From contig CM120641.1 in assembly GCA_051362555.1 (NCBI GenBank), positions 37,888,401 to 37,952,400 on the forward strand: DNA of 64,000 nucleotides. The letters run 5' to 3'. The position numbers and the translations under genes are program-made. Within the stretch, counting starts at the first letter, position 1. Every line of letters begins with the position of its first letter. Positions 1 to 41,800 of this stretch are shown piece after piece. The notes under the pieces were generated by a model. That model was not told the origin of the DNA, ran no database searches, and worked only from the letters and a program-made list of their open reading frames with translations. The DNA comes from Lingula anatina. Taxonomy: Eukaryota > Animalia > Brachiopoda.

Positions 1-3000
1 CTCTGTTCTTATCACACATGGGGGCACAGAAATGGGTCAAGGCCTTCATACCAAGATGAGCCAGGTAGCGCAATAATTCATTCACTTTTACTCAGTTGAA
101 TGCTTATTACAAGTTAATCTGGAAAGATAAGTCATGTATTTTACATATGTTATAAGGAACATAAAAATTCTTCATTTTAGAAAGGCACTTTTTATTGCAT
201 TAATACAGAATTTTTTAAAATTGGGTTTTATGTATAACAGACTTCCACAATTGCATCATGTAGTTCTTTTTTGTTGTTGTTGTTTATTTTATAATTAATG
301 TCTCTAGAAGGGAAAACACATTTGTGACCACTGAAAGGTCTTACAATACACTGCCCTTGTCTGCTGTTTTAGGTTGCTAGTAGAGCTCTAAACATCCCCA
401 TTTCCAAGATTCATATTAGTGAGACCAGCACCAACATGGTACCAAACGCCTCAGCATCTGCTGCCAGTGCCTGCTCTGATTTGTATGGCATGGCAATCTT
501 GGTAAGCAGTCACTAAACCTCACAGATATTTATAATGTTATATTCTGCAGAAAATATAACACAATGTAGATGTTTTCTGATTCTATAATTAACTCGACTA
601 CATGTCTTTTTTTAGAATGCCTGCCAGATTATTATGGAACGCATAGAACCGTACAAAACTGCCAACTCGAAAGGCACTTGGGAAGAATGGGTATGTTATG
701 TGCAAAGAACTTCAGTGAAATACATTTACAGGCTTGTCAAACACTTACATATCTCTTTGCCTGACATGATAAAAACCTTCCTTTAAACAGTTTCATTTTT
801 AAAAATAAATAAAAATAATTTTAATTAAAAATAATTTAAATTTTATTTAAAAATAGATAAAATTGATTGATAGAAAATAATAAGTGAATTGAAATAGAGG
901 AAGAATTTTCTTTAATTTGAAGTTATATTATATAACTGAAAGTGTCTCAGATACAACATGTGCACCTTCCTGACAGGTGGACATTTTGTGTTTCATTTCA
1001 GTTTAGTTCATTCCTGAACTGGTGTTTACATTTTTATGGCCATGTATGTTGTAATATAATATAATTGTTACATTACACATGATGTAAACATATATTTTTC
1101 TATAACTAAGAAAGCTATTTAAAGGTTTAATTTTAATGATTTAGTCATGATAACATTGCAGGTGAAGGCTGCCTACTTTGACAGAGTTAGTCTATCGACA
1201 ACTGGGTTTTACAAGTAAGAACAATTAAACAAGAAGAATAACAAATGTATTTAATTAAAATGTCAGGTATTTAATTTGAAGAAGCAATGAATAAGTTTTG
1301 ATGAAAGAAATATTATGTTGATACGTAATAATGTGTCGCCCAATTTTAAGCTTTGTTTTAGGTTCACATTCTCTTTATCACCACAGTGATTGAAATTGAT
1401 AGTTTCCAGCGAGTTAAATTCTTTTAAAATGGTATTCTTACTGCTGTCCTTGTTTCTAGGACTCCAGACATTCAAGGTTTTGATTGGGAGAATAACAAAG
1501 GGATGATGCCCTTCAATTACTTTACCTTTGGTGCAGCATGCTCAGAAGTGGAAATCGACTGTCTCACGGGAGATCATACGGTACATGAACGAATATTTTC
1601 AATAGTTTCAGGCTGTCGTTTTAATGCATCTTGACTTTATCATTATCATATTGCAGCTGTGCATTTATAAATTTAATTCAGTCAGAATAAACAGAATACA
1701 GTGGAATTTTGTACTTGTGCTTGTGACAAATTTGGAATCAGTCTTCTTAATTAAAGGCTATTTCACATGTCTGGTCTTCTCCCTCATGTCTTCTTTATTG
1801 TCCAGGTTTTGAGAACTGATATAGTGATGGATGTGGGCACTAGTTTGAACCCAGCAATAGACATTGGACAAATTGAAGGGGCATTTGCACAGGTAATGTG
1901 AACAGGACATTATTAACTGTCAAAATATCTTAATATGCATTATCAAATTAAAGGTATTGAACTATGATTCTGATATAATACATTGGTTTATATCTCCTGT
2001 TCCACTAACATTTTGATGGAAAAGGGGGGCTAGGGGTGGGGGGCCACCCTTTAGCCTGCCCCAGTATGCTGTCAGAGTTGCCCCTTCTGTAAATGAAAAC
2101 TGAAATTTCCAGGGATATGGCATGTTCACCATTGAACAGCTGAAGTTCAGTCCACAGGGAAGTCTGATCAACCGGGGCCCTGGGGCCTATAAGTTGCCAG
2201 GATTTGGAGATGTCCCTGTGGAATTCAATGTCTCTCTACTGAAAGGGGCTTCCAACCCAAGGGCTGTATACTCGTCCAAGGTAGACCATATGATTTTTTG
2301 TACTCTGGCTGTTTGACAAAAATGATGGTTAATTTTTTCTTCAACATTAGCATGAATAGTCATATCTTTGATTTTTTAGTACTGGATGTTGAGCAACAAA
2401 CACAAAGTAATATGTTTGACCATTTGAGAAAATTGAGAAAAATGATTGTCAAGTCAGTATATTTATTTACCATAACTATATTATTTTGTACCCTAGGCTG
2501 TATTCTTTGATTTAAAATTGTGCTTACATTGAATTAAAAGTAACATTATCATGTTGTTGTTCATACCATTGTGTATTTAGTAACTACCAGTGGCTTGATA
2601 AGTTACGAACTGTTTGCTTGAGATTTTAGTTGATGGCAATGATGAGAATCACTTGATGTTTGCCATGGCTACATTCACAACGGTCATAGGAAATCAAGAA
2701 ATTAATTTTCATGCAATGTTAAACAACTTCAAATATCTCTTTTCATCCCAAGAATGTTAAATCAAGTTCTTTAATGTAGTGTAATACACAGTTGTTGAAA
2801 TGATTTGTAGATTTAATCTGAAATAAATACTTTGGTTTAGGCTATTGGAGAGCCCCCATTGTTTTTGGCATCCTCAGTATTCTTTGCCATCAAAGATGCC
2901 ATCTCTAGTGCTCGGGCGGATGCAGGTGTGCCGGGACTGTTTAAACTTGACAGTCCAGCCACGCCAGAAAGAATCCGAATGGCTTGTGTGGATCAATTCA

Positions 3001-3303
3001 CCAAACAGGTAAGGTACAACCTTCATCACAGTATTGTTCATGCCCTAAACTTACATTAGAATTCCTGGTAACCTTGGATGTCAACAAGAATCCCAGTATT
3101 AACAGCACTAAACTCTGCTGGTGTATCAATTTGGATGAAATTTATTAAAGAAATTAATTACCATTTTATTGCAGCACTAGTAGCTTTTTCTTTGGACATT
3201 TATGAGACATTTTGGTCATGCAGTTGAATGCAAACTGTACATATTTTTTCAGTTTCCACCTGCTGAAGCTGGGTCTTATAAACCATGGTTTGTGCATGTC
3301 TAG
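1..3303 (+). CDS. XDH: Xanthine dehydrogenase/oxidase, last 9 coding exons (5' part lies outside the window)
   Basis: GT-AG exons 1-64, 373-501, 616-690, 1162-1214, 1460-1580, 1806-1892, 2113-2280, 2841-3008 and 3253-3303 splice in frame. They encode [67 protein letters not shown] (catalytic Glu), [14 protein letters not shown] and KPWFVHV*, the C-terminal molybdopterin domain. An AOX-like paralog is not fully excluded without the upstream substrate residues. Confidence 0.92.
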
Positions 3304-4361
3304 AAAACACCCATGCCATGTGTGTATGAGGGAAGTTCAATTCATATTTAGCTTTGATAAATACTTAACAATTATCAGAACAGAACATGCGCAGGTAACC
3401 ATTTTAATGATAAATATTTTACAATCATCAGAACAGAATGTGGACAGGTCACCATAATTTTAATTGTCAGAAATAGGGACAAATGGTGAAATGGGGTCTG
3501 TTTGAGAATCTGATGATTCAGCTATGCACTTCTGTCACTGAATAAGTTAGTTGAAAGAGGATTATTTGTCCCTTTGAAACAATAACACTTTGTAAGAATG
3601 GACATTAAGTTTGCCATAATTTAAGGCATTAGAATTGAAAACGCTGTCAGGAGTGTTTTTAATATAAATGCATACCAATAGGTGTTGCTGTTGGTTTTAT
3701 TTGAATTGTATCTGTCTCATGTTTACATCTCTGTAAAGTCCCTGTTAATTTTATATCATTCATAATTTCTAATAACAGTTATGCTATGTCACTTGACTAT
3801 ATTATGTGAAACCATTTATCAGAAATATATATAAACTCAGAACTGTATGCCTGTAATTACCCCAGTTAGGTCATGGCATACATCTTACTAAAACCAACAT
3901 ATTTTACAAGTAAATGTATATATATTTATATATACGAAAGGGTGTTGGACATCAGATAAGACTTGGCAGCTGTGAAATCCATTTGATCTGTTCAGATGCG
4001 GCAGTATTAAGGCAATTACAACGAAAGTTTTGTATGGTAACTATACATTATACATTATAAGAGCACAAATATTTAACATTTTCTTGTAGGTTAACAGGTG
4101 GTGGCTACCTTTTAGCATAAATTGCCATGTGTATGTATATGAATTTATGTAATTATGAAGAAATTTGGAAAAGTCACTTGCAAAATGCTAGAAGATTAAG
4201 ATAAATGCTAGAAGATTAAGAAGAGAATATCTTTGACAGATTGGCTGGGCTACAGGTATAAATTGAAAGGAGTTGCAGCATTTTCTGCTTTTTTAAAAAA
4301 GGGGAAGGAATTAGAAAGTTTCTTTGGTGATTAATGGGTGGTATGAAATGGAGTTAAAAAT

Positions 4362-4676
4362 GTTTACATAATTTTCCCCTAGTTTTATCAAATATTTTAA
4401 AGTTTTAATGATGTTATTTGCATTTAACAGCAAGTAGCGAGAATGTGTGTATTTAGACTTTTCATTTAAAGATGCATACAAAGCATGTCAAATTATTGTC
4501 ACTTAAAGCTAAAAAACGTTTACACAATTTTTCCACTAGTTTTATCAAAAAGGTGATATTTTAAGGTTTTTAAGGATGTTATTTGCATTTAATAGCAAGT
4601 AGCCAGAATTTTTGCATTTATACTTTTCATTTAAAGATGCATACAAAGCAAGGCATGTCAAATTATTGTCACTTAA
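4362..4676 (+). repeat. Imperfect tandem duplication (~150 bp x2) in the putative XDH 3' UTR
   Basis: 4362-4506 and 4518-4676 share gtttaca...agttttatcaaa...atgttatttgcatttaa...cttttcatttaaagatgcatacaaagca...tgtcaaattattgtcacttaa with small indels. Confidence 0.85.
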
Positions 4677-5741
4677 TGCAACAGATGCCACCAAATAGTT
4701 TCAAATAGTATAACTTAAGGAAGTACCACAGGGTTTCAATTTATAATTCCCCTAAAGACGATTCTTCAACAGATGTTTTCTGCTTACTGTCTGTGCTATA
4801 TACAACCCTCTTTTTGCTTTCGCCAGCTCTCATTTGAATTATGTGATTGCAGCAGTAATATCTTCTACATTGTTTAATCATTTGGCAGACTTTTACAAAC
4901 AGATAACTAAGACCAGTTTAAGACCAGAAATTTTAAGATGGTGCGGTTTTAAAGCCTTTTTTGGTGGAGCACTTCATTTGGTTTATCCTTTGGTTTGTGG
5001 ACTTGGACTTGAGAACCTGGTAGTTGTAATTTATATGCAGAACAAGGAATCTATGCTCTCTTTGCATGCATCTTTAAAGAAATTTGTCAATGTCAGATTG
5101 ACTTCACCTTATATTTCTGCAGTTCCTCTCCTGGTATTTTAATAGGAAACTTTTAAAGAATTTATTTTTATCCTTAATTAAGTGCAATCACATGGAATTC
5201 ATTCTTATAATACCAGCAGCATTAATTTATACTAAGCTTCTTGTTATAAAATACACAACTCTTCTGTTTTGACATAAGGTAAAATAAAGATTTTTCTGTT
5301 TGGCCAACTTCTTTGCAGTTATTTTCAGTCAGTATTTTTGCCTCCATTCTTATTAACTTAAGTTAAAAAGAATGATTTAATTGAGTAAAATCTTAATATT
5401 CATCATAAATAGTTTTATTACAGTTGTAAATGAACCTCTTCCAAGTTACTTGGACAATAATTAACAAAAGGAAATACGGTGATCATTAACCAGTATTTCT
5501 TGAAACATCATAAACATAACATGATAGTTAATAAGTCTTTCAGGAGATGAGCTCCTTGTTAAGATACTGATACTGAGCGCGTGCATTTTAAGAGAGCACA
5601 GAATGGTGCAGAAAAATCACTACAATAATCTGCTTACCAGTTGGACACTGCTGTCTTTTTTCTCATAAATGTTTCAAATCAAAGTGTACTTAAAGCAGCC
5701 CCCCCCCCTAAGAATTTTATAACAACATAATTTCAAAATAA

Positions 5742-17014
<11,273 letters not shown>

Positions 17015-17496
17015 TAAAATCTCTCCTGCATTCAAAACTGGATCTACAGAAGAAAAAAAAAGATATTATTAAAAAGTATGCTGCTCACAGAAAAGCATAA
17101 CCATAGAAAGTGTGCAATAACTTCAGAAATTACAGAAATCTAACCTTGACTTTGCTCTAAAAATAAAGATCTGCAAAGTGGTGTAGAGAGCATTTTAATT
17201 GCTATACAAATCAGAAACTTGGATCGTAATTAGGAAGTAGAAAAACGGTATGGTACTGTTGTTACACACAACTATTACAAAGAGTATTAAATTTATATCA
17301 GCTGAAAAGACCATATCTTTAACACAAAGGTAATACAGGTCCCTTGTATCTGGTAAACAGAAAACGAACCCTATATATATATAGTTTGTTGGGCACTCTG
17401 CCTGATTATTAGACCAACAAGTATTTAACCTTGAATTCTAGACATAATTATACTTCTGGTGGAAAGGCTAACTTTGGCAGATCCAATGAAACATAT

Positions 17497-18158
17497 TTAG
17501 CATGAAATGTATGCGTTAGCACTCCTATTGATGTTTTTTATATGTATATGCTGTGTTAACACATGAAGCAAAGGTCTCAAAAAGAGTAAAATGATGACCA
17601 GTTTAACTCACACTCCTGTAAAGCCAACCCGTTCCCCATCAAAAGTACTGCCTGGCGGCCAGTAAGACAAGATTTATGTACTAGTTTACCAGTTTGCCAT
17701 AGGTAGTATGGAATCATACACATGAGGGGAGGGCAAGTGGTCGATTCAAACAGACTTCTTCTTGCAAGAAATTAAAGAAAAAAAGTTTAACAAACAAAAA
17801 CAAACTCTCAAATAATCACATTGCTCATGGGCCTTATATTGTACTCGATTTTATGCAATAAGTTGCTTCCTGTTGGGGAAAAAAAACTGCGTAAAACTTA
17901 ATTTTCTTCAGGTACTTCAAGGCGGCCTTACTGGTAGACAAGCAGAAAAATTTACCTTACTCGTGGCTCTGTCGACTGGAAAACTGGTTGGCTTTACAGG
18001 AGTGTGCCAGTTGAGAAGTAAAGTTGAGAGCTCTTGCATCATGGTGGATATGCAAATTGGTCGTCATTTTACACTTTTGAGGACTTTATTTTCATGTGTT
18101 AGCACAGCTTACATGTCAAAAATTGATAGGAGTGCTAACACATGAATCTCGATCTAAC
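17497..18158. mobile_element. Foldback/MITE with long imperfect inverted arms
   Basis: gttagcactcctat...gctgtgttaacacatgaa...gtaaaatgatgacca...cactcctgtaaagccaacc (17516-17630) is inverted at 17986-18140. A solo copy of the arm occurs at ~57458-57590. Confidence 0.75.
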
Positions 18159-18299
18159 ACTCGCCCTGATAAATCAAATGATATGGTCTGAAACCTAATG
18201 AGCTACTAGGAATTATGTGGTAAAAGCAACTCCAGTTTGAGTATGTTGTTAACGATGTTGCAGCTTCATGGGCCTACGTGCGTTATGCAAGCAGCTGTC

Positions 18300-20750
18300 A
18301 TTCCGAGTCTGAGGAGAAAAATTCGTTATTTTCAAGATTCCGATTATTAACTTAATATAGCACTTTATGGTCCACTTTCGACCAAATATGAACTTCACCA
18401 AACAGAGGTTTGAATATCAGTAGGACATTGGTATAGATCTTGGGCATAATCCCTTCAAGTGTTTTTGCACCGTTTCTCTCTGTTTTTGTTTGACACTAAA
18501 ATGACTGGATGGGTTTCAAACAGGGGACGGACGCTACATTTTTACAAGTCAATTACATTCACGTGTTGAATAAAACATAATTATTGGAAAATAATAATTT
18601 TAATAAGCATAATTTTATACACATGAATAGTACTTGCAATGAAAACCTCAAAATTTCAATCAACTGTGAGCTATTTTTTTCCAAAATGTGCGGTTGCGTG
18701 ATGCATGGCCACATTTCTTTTGCAAATAAAAATAAAAAGTGATGTGATTTAGATCAAATCAGGGGATTCCTTCAATGATTTGAAATCTCTTATTTTGATA
18801 TGACAAAGACTTGACCTTAAGAATGACACATAATAAAATACCTAAAACATGTTAAGAGTGCTAAAATTTCATGACTTGGTACGTAATACACTTGGGGACG
18901 GACGCTACACCATTGACTTGTTGAGTTTCATTTTGACCATGTATTTTCCTTTTTTGTTTATCACTGATTTTAAAACTTTGTACGCCATATTTTGAGATGC
19001 AGATGCTGTACCTTTATACTTTATTTCCTTTATATGCTCTGACATACTTTGAATAAGGGTCTCCCCCATCTCCAACTTTCTGCTTGTTTCCTTGCTTGCT
19101 ATAATTCCTTTCTGTTCTAATATGCTTTTTACACTAGGAGATCTTATTAGCCTTTCTAAAATTTTAGCTTTCTTCTCGGTGACCTCTGAAGGGCATTTTT
19201 TGCTTGTTTCAAGACTCTCTTTTCAGTGGAGGAAGATGAAAACGGGCTTGAGTCTTTACCTTGTGGTGTTTTATCTTGTAACTGAACCCTTAGTCTCCAT
19301 GCTTTAACCCTCCAGACCTCTTTATTTCTTTTTAGCTTCTTCACTGAGTTTCATCTTTCTGTTTCTTTCTCTTTGGGCTGAAAGTATTTTTTCCTTTTCT
19401 CTCTTGCTTTAGCTGCTTCTGATAAAGCACAGATCTCTGTTTGTTCTCGGATTTTTTCTCTATATTTTCTCATTCTATTAGTTTCCTTTGCTCTTTCGGC
19501 TTTCCAGCTTTTGCTTATGTTGGGTGATTCATTAAGTAAAGTCTCTTCTTTTCTCTTTCTTTTTTTCTTTCTAAGTCTGTCCTTTTCTCTGGCAGTTTTC
19601 AAACGTTTGGGATCTTTCTTGAGTTTATCTCATTGTTTTCTTTTTTTCAAAGCACTTACACTTATGCCTTCCATTTCCATGGCATTTCTTTTTCTACTTT
19701 GACTTAGTTTACCCAGCCTCAGCAACAATAAAAACATCATTGCTCCATCATTGTTCCAAGCTCAAATGCACAAACTACAACCTATTATCTTGGATAAAAT
19801 ATACTGTGGCTTTTTAGTCCAAACTATAACCAAGTGATGTCACTTCATCTCATAGCAATATAAGTACACAAGTGTTGTTTCACAGCAACAAAAACAACAT
19901 TGTTTCATATTATAACATTGTTTTAAATGTATCCATTTATTCATTACAAGTACTGCACCAAATGCGCCAGTGACAACCTTTGCCTACATTAGATAGATTA
20001 TAATAAGTATTTACAAAATATACTTAATTAAAATCCATTTCAGCAAGTGTATCATTAATAAAGCGAAAAATACAAATTGGGGACGGGCGCTACAGGTGGG
20101 GACGGACGCTACATTTGACCACTAATCAAATGGTATATCCACAGTGTGTCTTACTACTGGCCTTTTAGGTATATATTTTTATCATGGGTAGTGAAATGCA
20201 TAAGTGCCTGAGTGTGGTTTACAAAAAAGATTAACTGCTATCGTTTTGCTATAGGGGGACGGACGCTACAAAATTTTGTGTTAAGATGTGGTTTCAATTT
20301 TGGATTGTTGGAATTTTCAGTTAAATATGGATTTGGACACAGTAATCTTTTTAATGTATTGAAATACCTTTAAAAACACATTTTACTGAAGAAAAGTTAT
20401 TGTCAAGCATAATATTTCCTTTCAGGGCCTCCTTGAAATCAACTATGTTAAAAACAGAAAAATCCGTAACAGAGCTCCCCTTTTACATTCAATGGCTTTT
20501 GTCTCATATGTAACACTATATTATGCCCAACTGATTTTCAAACAACATTATACCTCACAACTGATATCTTTAGTCAAACTAAATGCAATAAATTACAATA
20601 CCAAATTCCATATCCACTACCTGAACTTATTACACAACTGCAGTGACCCTTCGTAACAACTAAAAACTGCTGTATTTAGGGTATTCAAATTAGTATATTT
20701 TTGCCAATCTATGTTCGATTTTCCAAAAAATTTTTTTGATTGCTCCGACT
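18300..20750 (-). mobile_element. Internally deleted DNA transposon relic (possibly Sola-like); boundaries approximate
   Basis: Five direct copies of GGGGACGGACGCTACA at 18523, 18894, 20079 (1 mismatch), 20098 and 20255 flank a broken K/R/E-rich ORF. No clean terminal inverted repeats were found. Confidence 0.55.
18905..19686 (-). pseudogene. Decayed N-terminal part of a transposase-like ORF
   Basis: Joined across stops and frameshifts it reads SVSALKKRKQ*DKLKKDPKRLKTAREKDRLRKKK...RVKAWRLRVQL...PFSSSSTEKRVLKQAKNALQRSP/KKAKILERLIRSPSVKSILEQKG. From memory this resembles the basic N-termini of invertebrate DNA-transposon proteins. No catalytic domain is present. Confidence 0.55.
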
Positions 20751-21199
20751 AAGTGCCATCTACCAGACTGGACGAAGAGTGGGCACTAGATTGGTTTGAT
20801 AATACTTAGAGGCAATGTAACATGCTCAATTTTGAAAGTGTACGTCTGATTGTGAAATAGCCGATTATCTTTATTAAAATCGCATTGCTTAAACATCCCA
20901 AAGACTACGGTAAAGTTTAAACGTTACGTGCCAGGGGAATCCAAGGGATGTACATCATGCTAGACTAGTGCCAGTGCTATTGCGACTTGCCAGGAGAAAC
21001 CCTAAAGTTTGGTTTGCTCAGTGGTAATCCTATGCCTAGTTTGCTGATGGAAGCTGCCATTACTAAAACGTAATTGATAGACACGCATGTGTTCTGTTGA
21101 AATAATGAACATGCAACAACTGCCCTTCTCAAAATTTTCCAAGAGACATGGGCTAAATAAATTTAAAATTATTTTTACGCTTAATAAATATATTATAAT

Positions 21200-21393
21200 T
21201 CATTTTACTTGAAAAAATAATGTATTCTTTCTAAGAAGGTCAATGTATCTCCACGCGCTGTATATACTGCCTTAATGCGCACCCCTGGATTTCCGGCCGT
21301 AGGGCATTGTGGGATAGAGCAACTGCAAAACAGAAACTTTGGACGGCTGCCGGGAGGCTTCGTTTTTATCGATATTTTGCACAATCTGTAGCA
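21200..21393. promoter_or_regulatory. Promoter/5' region of RPS6KA5, probably shared head-to-head with a non-coding first exon of MTIF2
   Basis: Local CpG enrichment against a CpG-poor background, an ETS-like ttccgg at ~21290, and a candidate minus-strand donor (ttcaa|gtaaaa) at 21208. The first MTIF2 coding exon has a splice acceptor at 17044, so an upstream UTR exon is needed. Confidence 0.5.
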
Positions 21394-38857
<17,464 letters not shown>

Positions 38858-41800
38858 TCCTTTATAACTCACCGTGTCACATATATATATTTGCAATACA
38901 ACAGAGGGTCACATGCCAAAGAGTCCTTGTCACTCTTAACCACAAGGGCTGAAGGTAACCCCTCAGGAAAGAAAATTCTGTTCATTTGGTAGTCAGTCAC
39001 TGGTGGTGAAATAGATAAATTGACAGGGAACTAAATAACAGGTTTTATTAAGCATTAGCTGTGATGAAAAATAAGACGTAAGCACTTAAGTTAGGAAGCT
39101 TCTTCAGCTGGGACCATAGGTGCTAGAATTAAAGTCCAGTATAGTTATTTATGCTTGGAGACTGGAATATTTGTACATACAGAGTTGCAGCTACAATGGC
39201 ATTGATTAATAATGTCATTTTAGTGAGTGAATTTTTTGAAGTAATGGTTTTGTATAGGTTAAGTTAACTCAAATGTGATCACAAAGCTTTCATCCCTATA
39301 AAAGAGACTGCATCATTCATCTCCTCATTATTTGTTTATGATGATAATGTGCCAGCTTTTAGAAATTAGCATAAGATTGTTATGGTTTATAAATATTATC
39401 TCCCATAGGTTTTTATGTGGACAACATCTTATTCATTTCTGGTTTTGGGTTATTGTTATTATATGAATGAATTTTTATACTTCATATGTAATTTGTATAA
39501 TGGAATGGGCAGAGTTAATATAGATTATATGAGAAATCACTTGACTATTTTGAATTAATGCTTATTGTATTCAATCACTCATTTTTCTCCTGCTGTTGTA
39601 TAACATGCTCTCTCTTTTATTTTTATCTTTTTTAAAGAAGACTAGAAATGCTAAAAAGGTATGTTTTCAGCTTTGCATGAGACTGCTTTGTATTTTTATT
39701 GCAGTTTGGCCTTCATAACACTTCTCAGGTTTTTGATCTAAAACATGGTCAACCACAGAGTAAGATTGTCATTACCTGGTGTCAAGTTTTTTTTTCCTTT
39801 GAATCTGTACATACTGTGACCTGAACCTAGTATGGCCAGTATGTAAGCATTAACAGTAAATTTCTCTCTCCTCCTTTGCAGCAATCTGTTTCATTTTTAG
39901 TTGTTTTTTTTTTACATAAATGACACAACATCTAACTTTCTTTTCTTGTTAAGCCATGCCTGTTTTTAGGGTTATGAGCAGCCTTATAAAAGATTGATTT
40001 TTCACTTCATGATGTTGATACTTGATTGCAATCTGGTCATCCTACAGGTGTCTTTATTTGGGACTACTGTTCACTGCAGTGGCTGCTATGCTTTGGATAA
40101 CAATAAAAGATAACAAAGCAGAGTGCTGCAATCAGGACATCTTCCTGAAGCCAAAACTATATATTCTTTTTAGTCTGACTGAAATTTTGGTTTTAAGGCT
40201 TTGGCTCAGTTAGAGTGACATTGTAGCAGCTAGTCAAATGTTAGCTACATAAATATTAGATAGATCTAGGGATTATTTTCAGTTGCTGAAAGACATGTTT
40301 TAAAAACAATTTTTCATCATCTAGTTTTAACAAATTGGTTTTATTTTCTGTGTTTCTAATTTAATTTAATGGAGTTGAGAAAAGAAGATATGTTACCTCA
40401 TAGGCAAGACCTAGATGTGTCACATATCAAATAATATGATATTTCTTTAATTTGTTTTAGCTTTTAAAAAGCTTCATATTTCATTTACCTGTTAGCTTAT
40501 TGAGTAGTCAAGTGGGGTAGTTGTCTGACTAGTTTGATTGGAGCTGAGGCTTTAGTTTTGATTATGTAAAATTTCAAAACTGTGATTAATGGGATATTTC
40601 ATGCCAGGTTGTCATTATTAAAACCACAAAAACTGTTCAGTATTTAATGCTTGTTGATTGATATTGACCACTGTTTTTTTTTCATTTTACTTGCAGAAAG
40701 TCTGAAATGAGTAGTTTAGGCATTGGTTTCAGTTCTCTCTGTTCGCTATAGCCCAGACAAGATTTTATGTCGCAAAGGTTTTTTTCTTATTATTATTATT
40801 GTGTGAAAGTCTTTTATATGCTGTTATAATGTACATAGATTAGGTAGATCAGTTAGTCCACTGGGCTGATCAACATTGTGCTGTGTGCATATTATTGTTA
40901 AAGAGAATTTCAGCATGGTAAATACATGGAACAGATTTATGAAGTAGATTGTGTTATACATACCATATTACACTGTTGATACATGATTGTGTATATTTAT
41001 AGATATAGAGGTTTATCTAGAGAATGTATTTGGGTAACTGTAAATAGAAAAATGTGGAGTGTGAATGGATCAGGGTTATAGAGTTGAGGTCATTGCTTGT
41101 TCCTTCCCCCTTCCTCCTCCCAGAACCCCTCCATAAGGAGTATTGTTTTTGTTCTTAAAAAGAGGAAGGAGCGGAATGGGGCATTTCCTCTCTCTCTCTC
41201 TCTCTTTTAAATCCCAGTATAGTGAGTTTTGAGTGACTATTTTATTAGATGTAATTTTTTAAACATGTATTTAAAAGTGTGTGATTACTATTATCACTTG
41301 TATGTGCAATAAGGATGAGGAATGGAAGTCATATTTTGCTTGCTTTAATTATTTTTATGTCCTGGTTTGTGGTAACATTAGGTGAAGAACAAAGAAAATT
41401 GGTGACTTTAAGGCAGTTTGATTTCTTCAAAATATGGATATTGGTTGTTTTATTACTTCCTTTATGCTTTTGTGTGCAATATTGTGTTTGCTTCAAAATA
41501 GTTTGTGAAATACTAACACTTGAGAAATTTATTTAATTTGTTTCAAATCTCAGCTAATATCATAATGAAAGGGACCTCATGAAAGATTTTTCTTGAAAAA
41601 TTATTCAGCTATACATATATATTTCACAGACAAGTGAAAGGGTGGTATATGCAGTCTATACAATTTCACCTAAGGCAAAATTGTGAAGTCTGTATCAGAA
41701 AATCGGTTATATTACGAAAAAGAAAAAAGAGAGAGACGTACCTTTGAGACATATGTGCAGGGTATTTAAAAAGAAAATGAAATTATGTTTACAGTGAAAG

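Noticed and set aside
2023-2085. G-rich tract as a G-quadruplex or small element in an XDH intron
   Set aside because: Short, isolated and without supporting structure.
2636-2670. C/D box snoRNA candidates from atgatga words (also ~55202 and ~57874)
   Set aside because: No properly placed D box with a terminal stem or recognisable guide; such words are expected by chance in AT-rich DNA.
4834-5142. 102-aa ORF downstream of XDH
   Set aside because: Non-ATG start, no recognisable domain or splice support, and it lies in a probable 3' UTR.
18523-20270. CRISPR-like array from the repeated 16-mer
   Set aside because: Spacing is irregular (3 bp to over 1 kb), the repeat is too short, there are no cas genes, and the context is eukaryotic.
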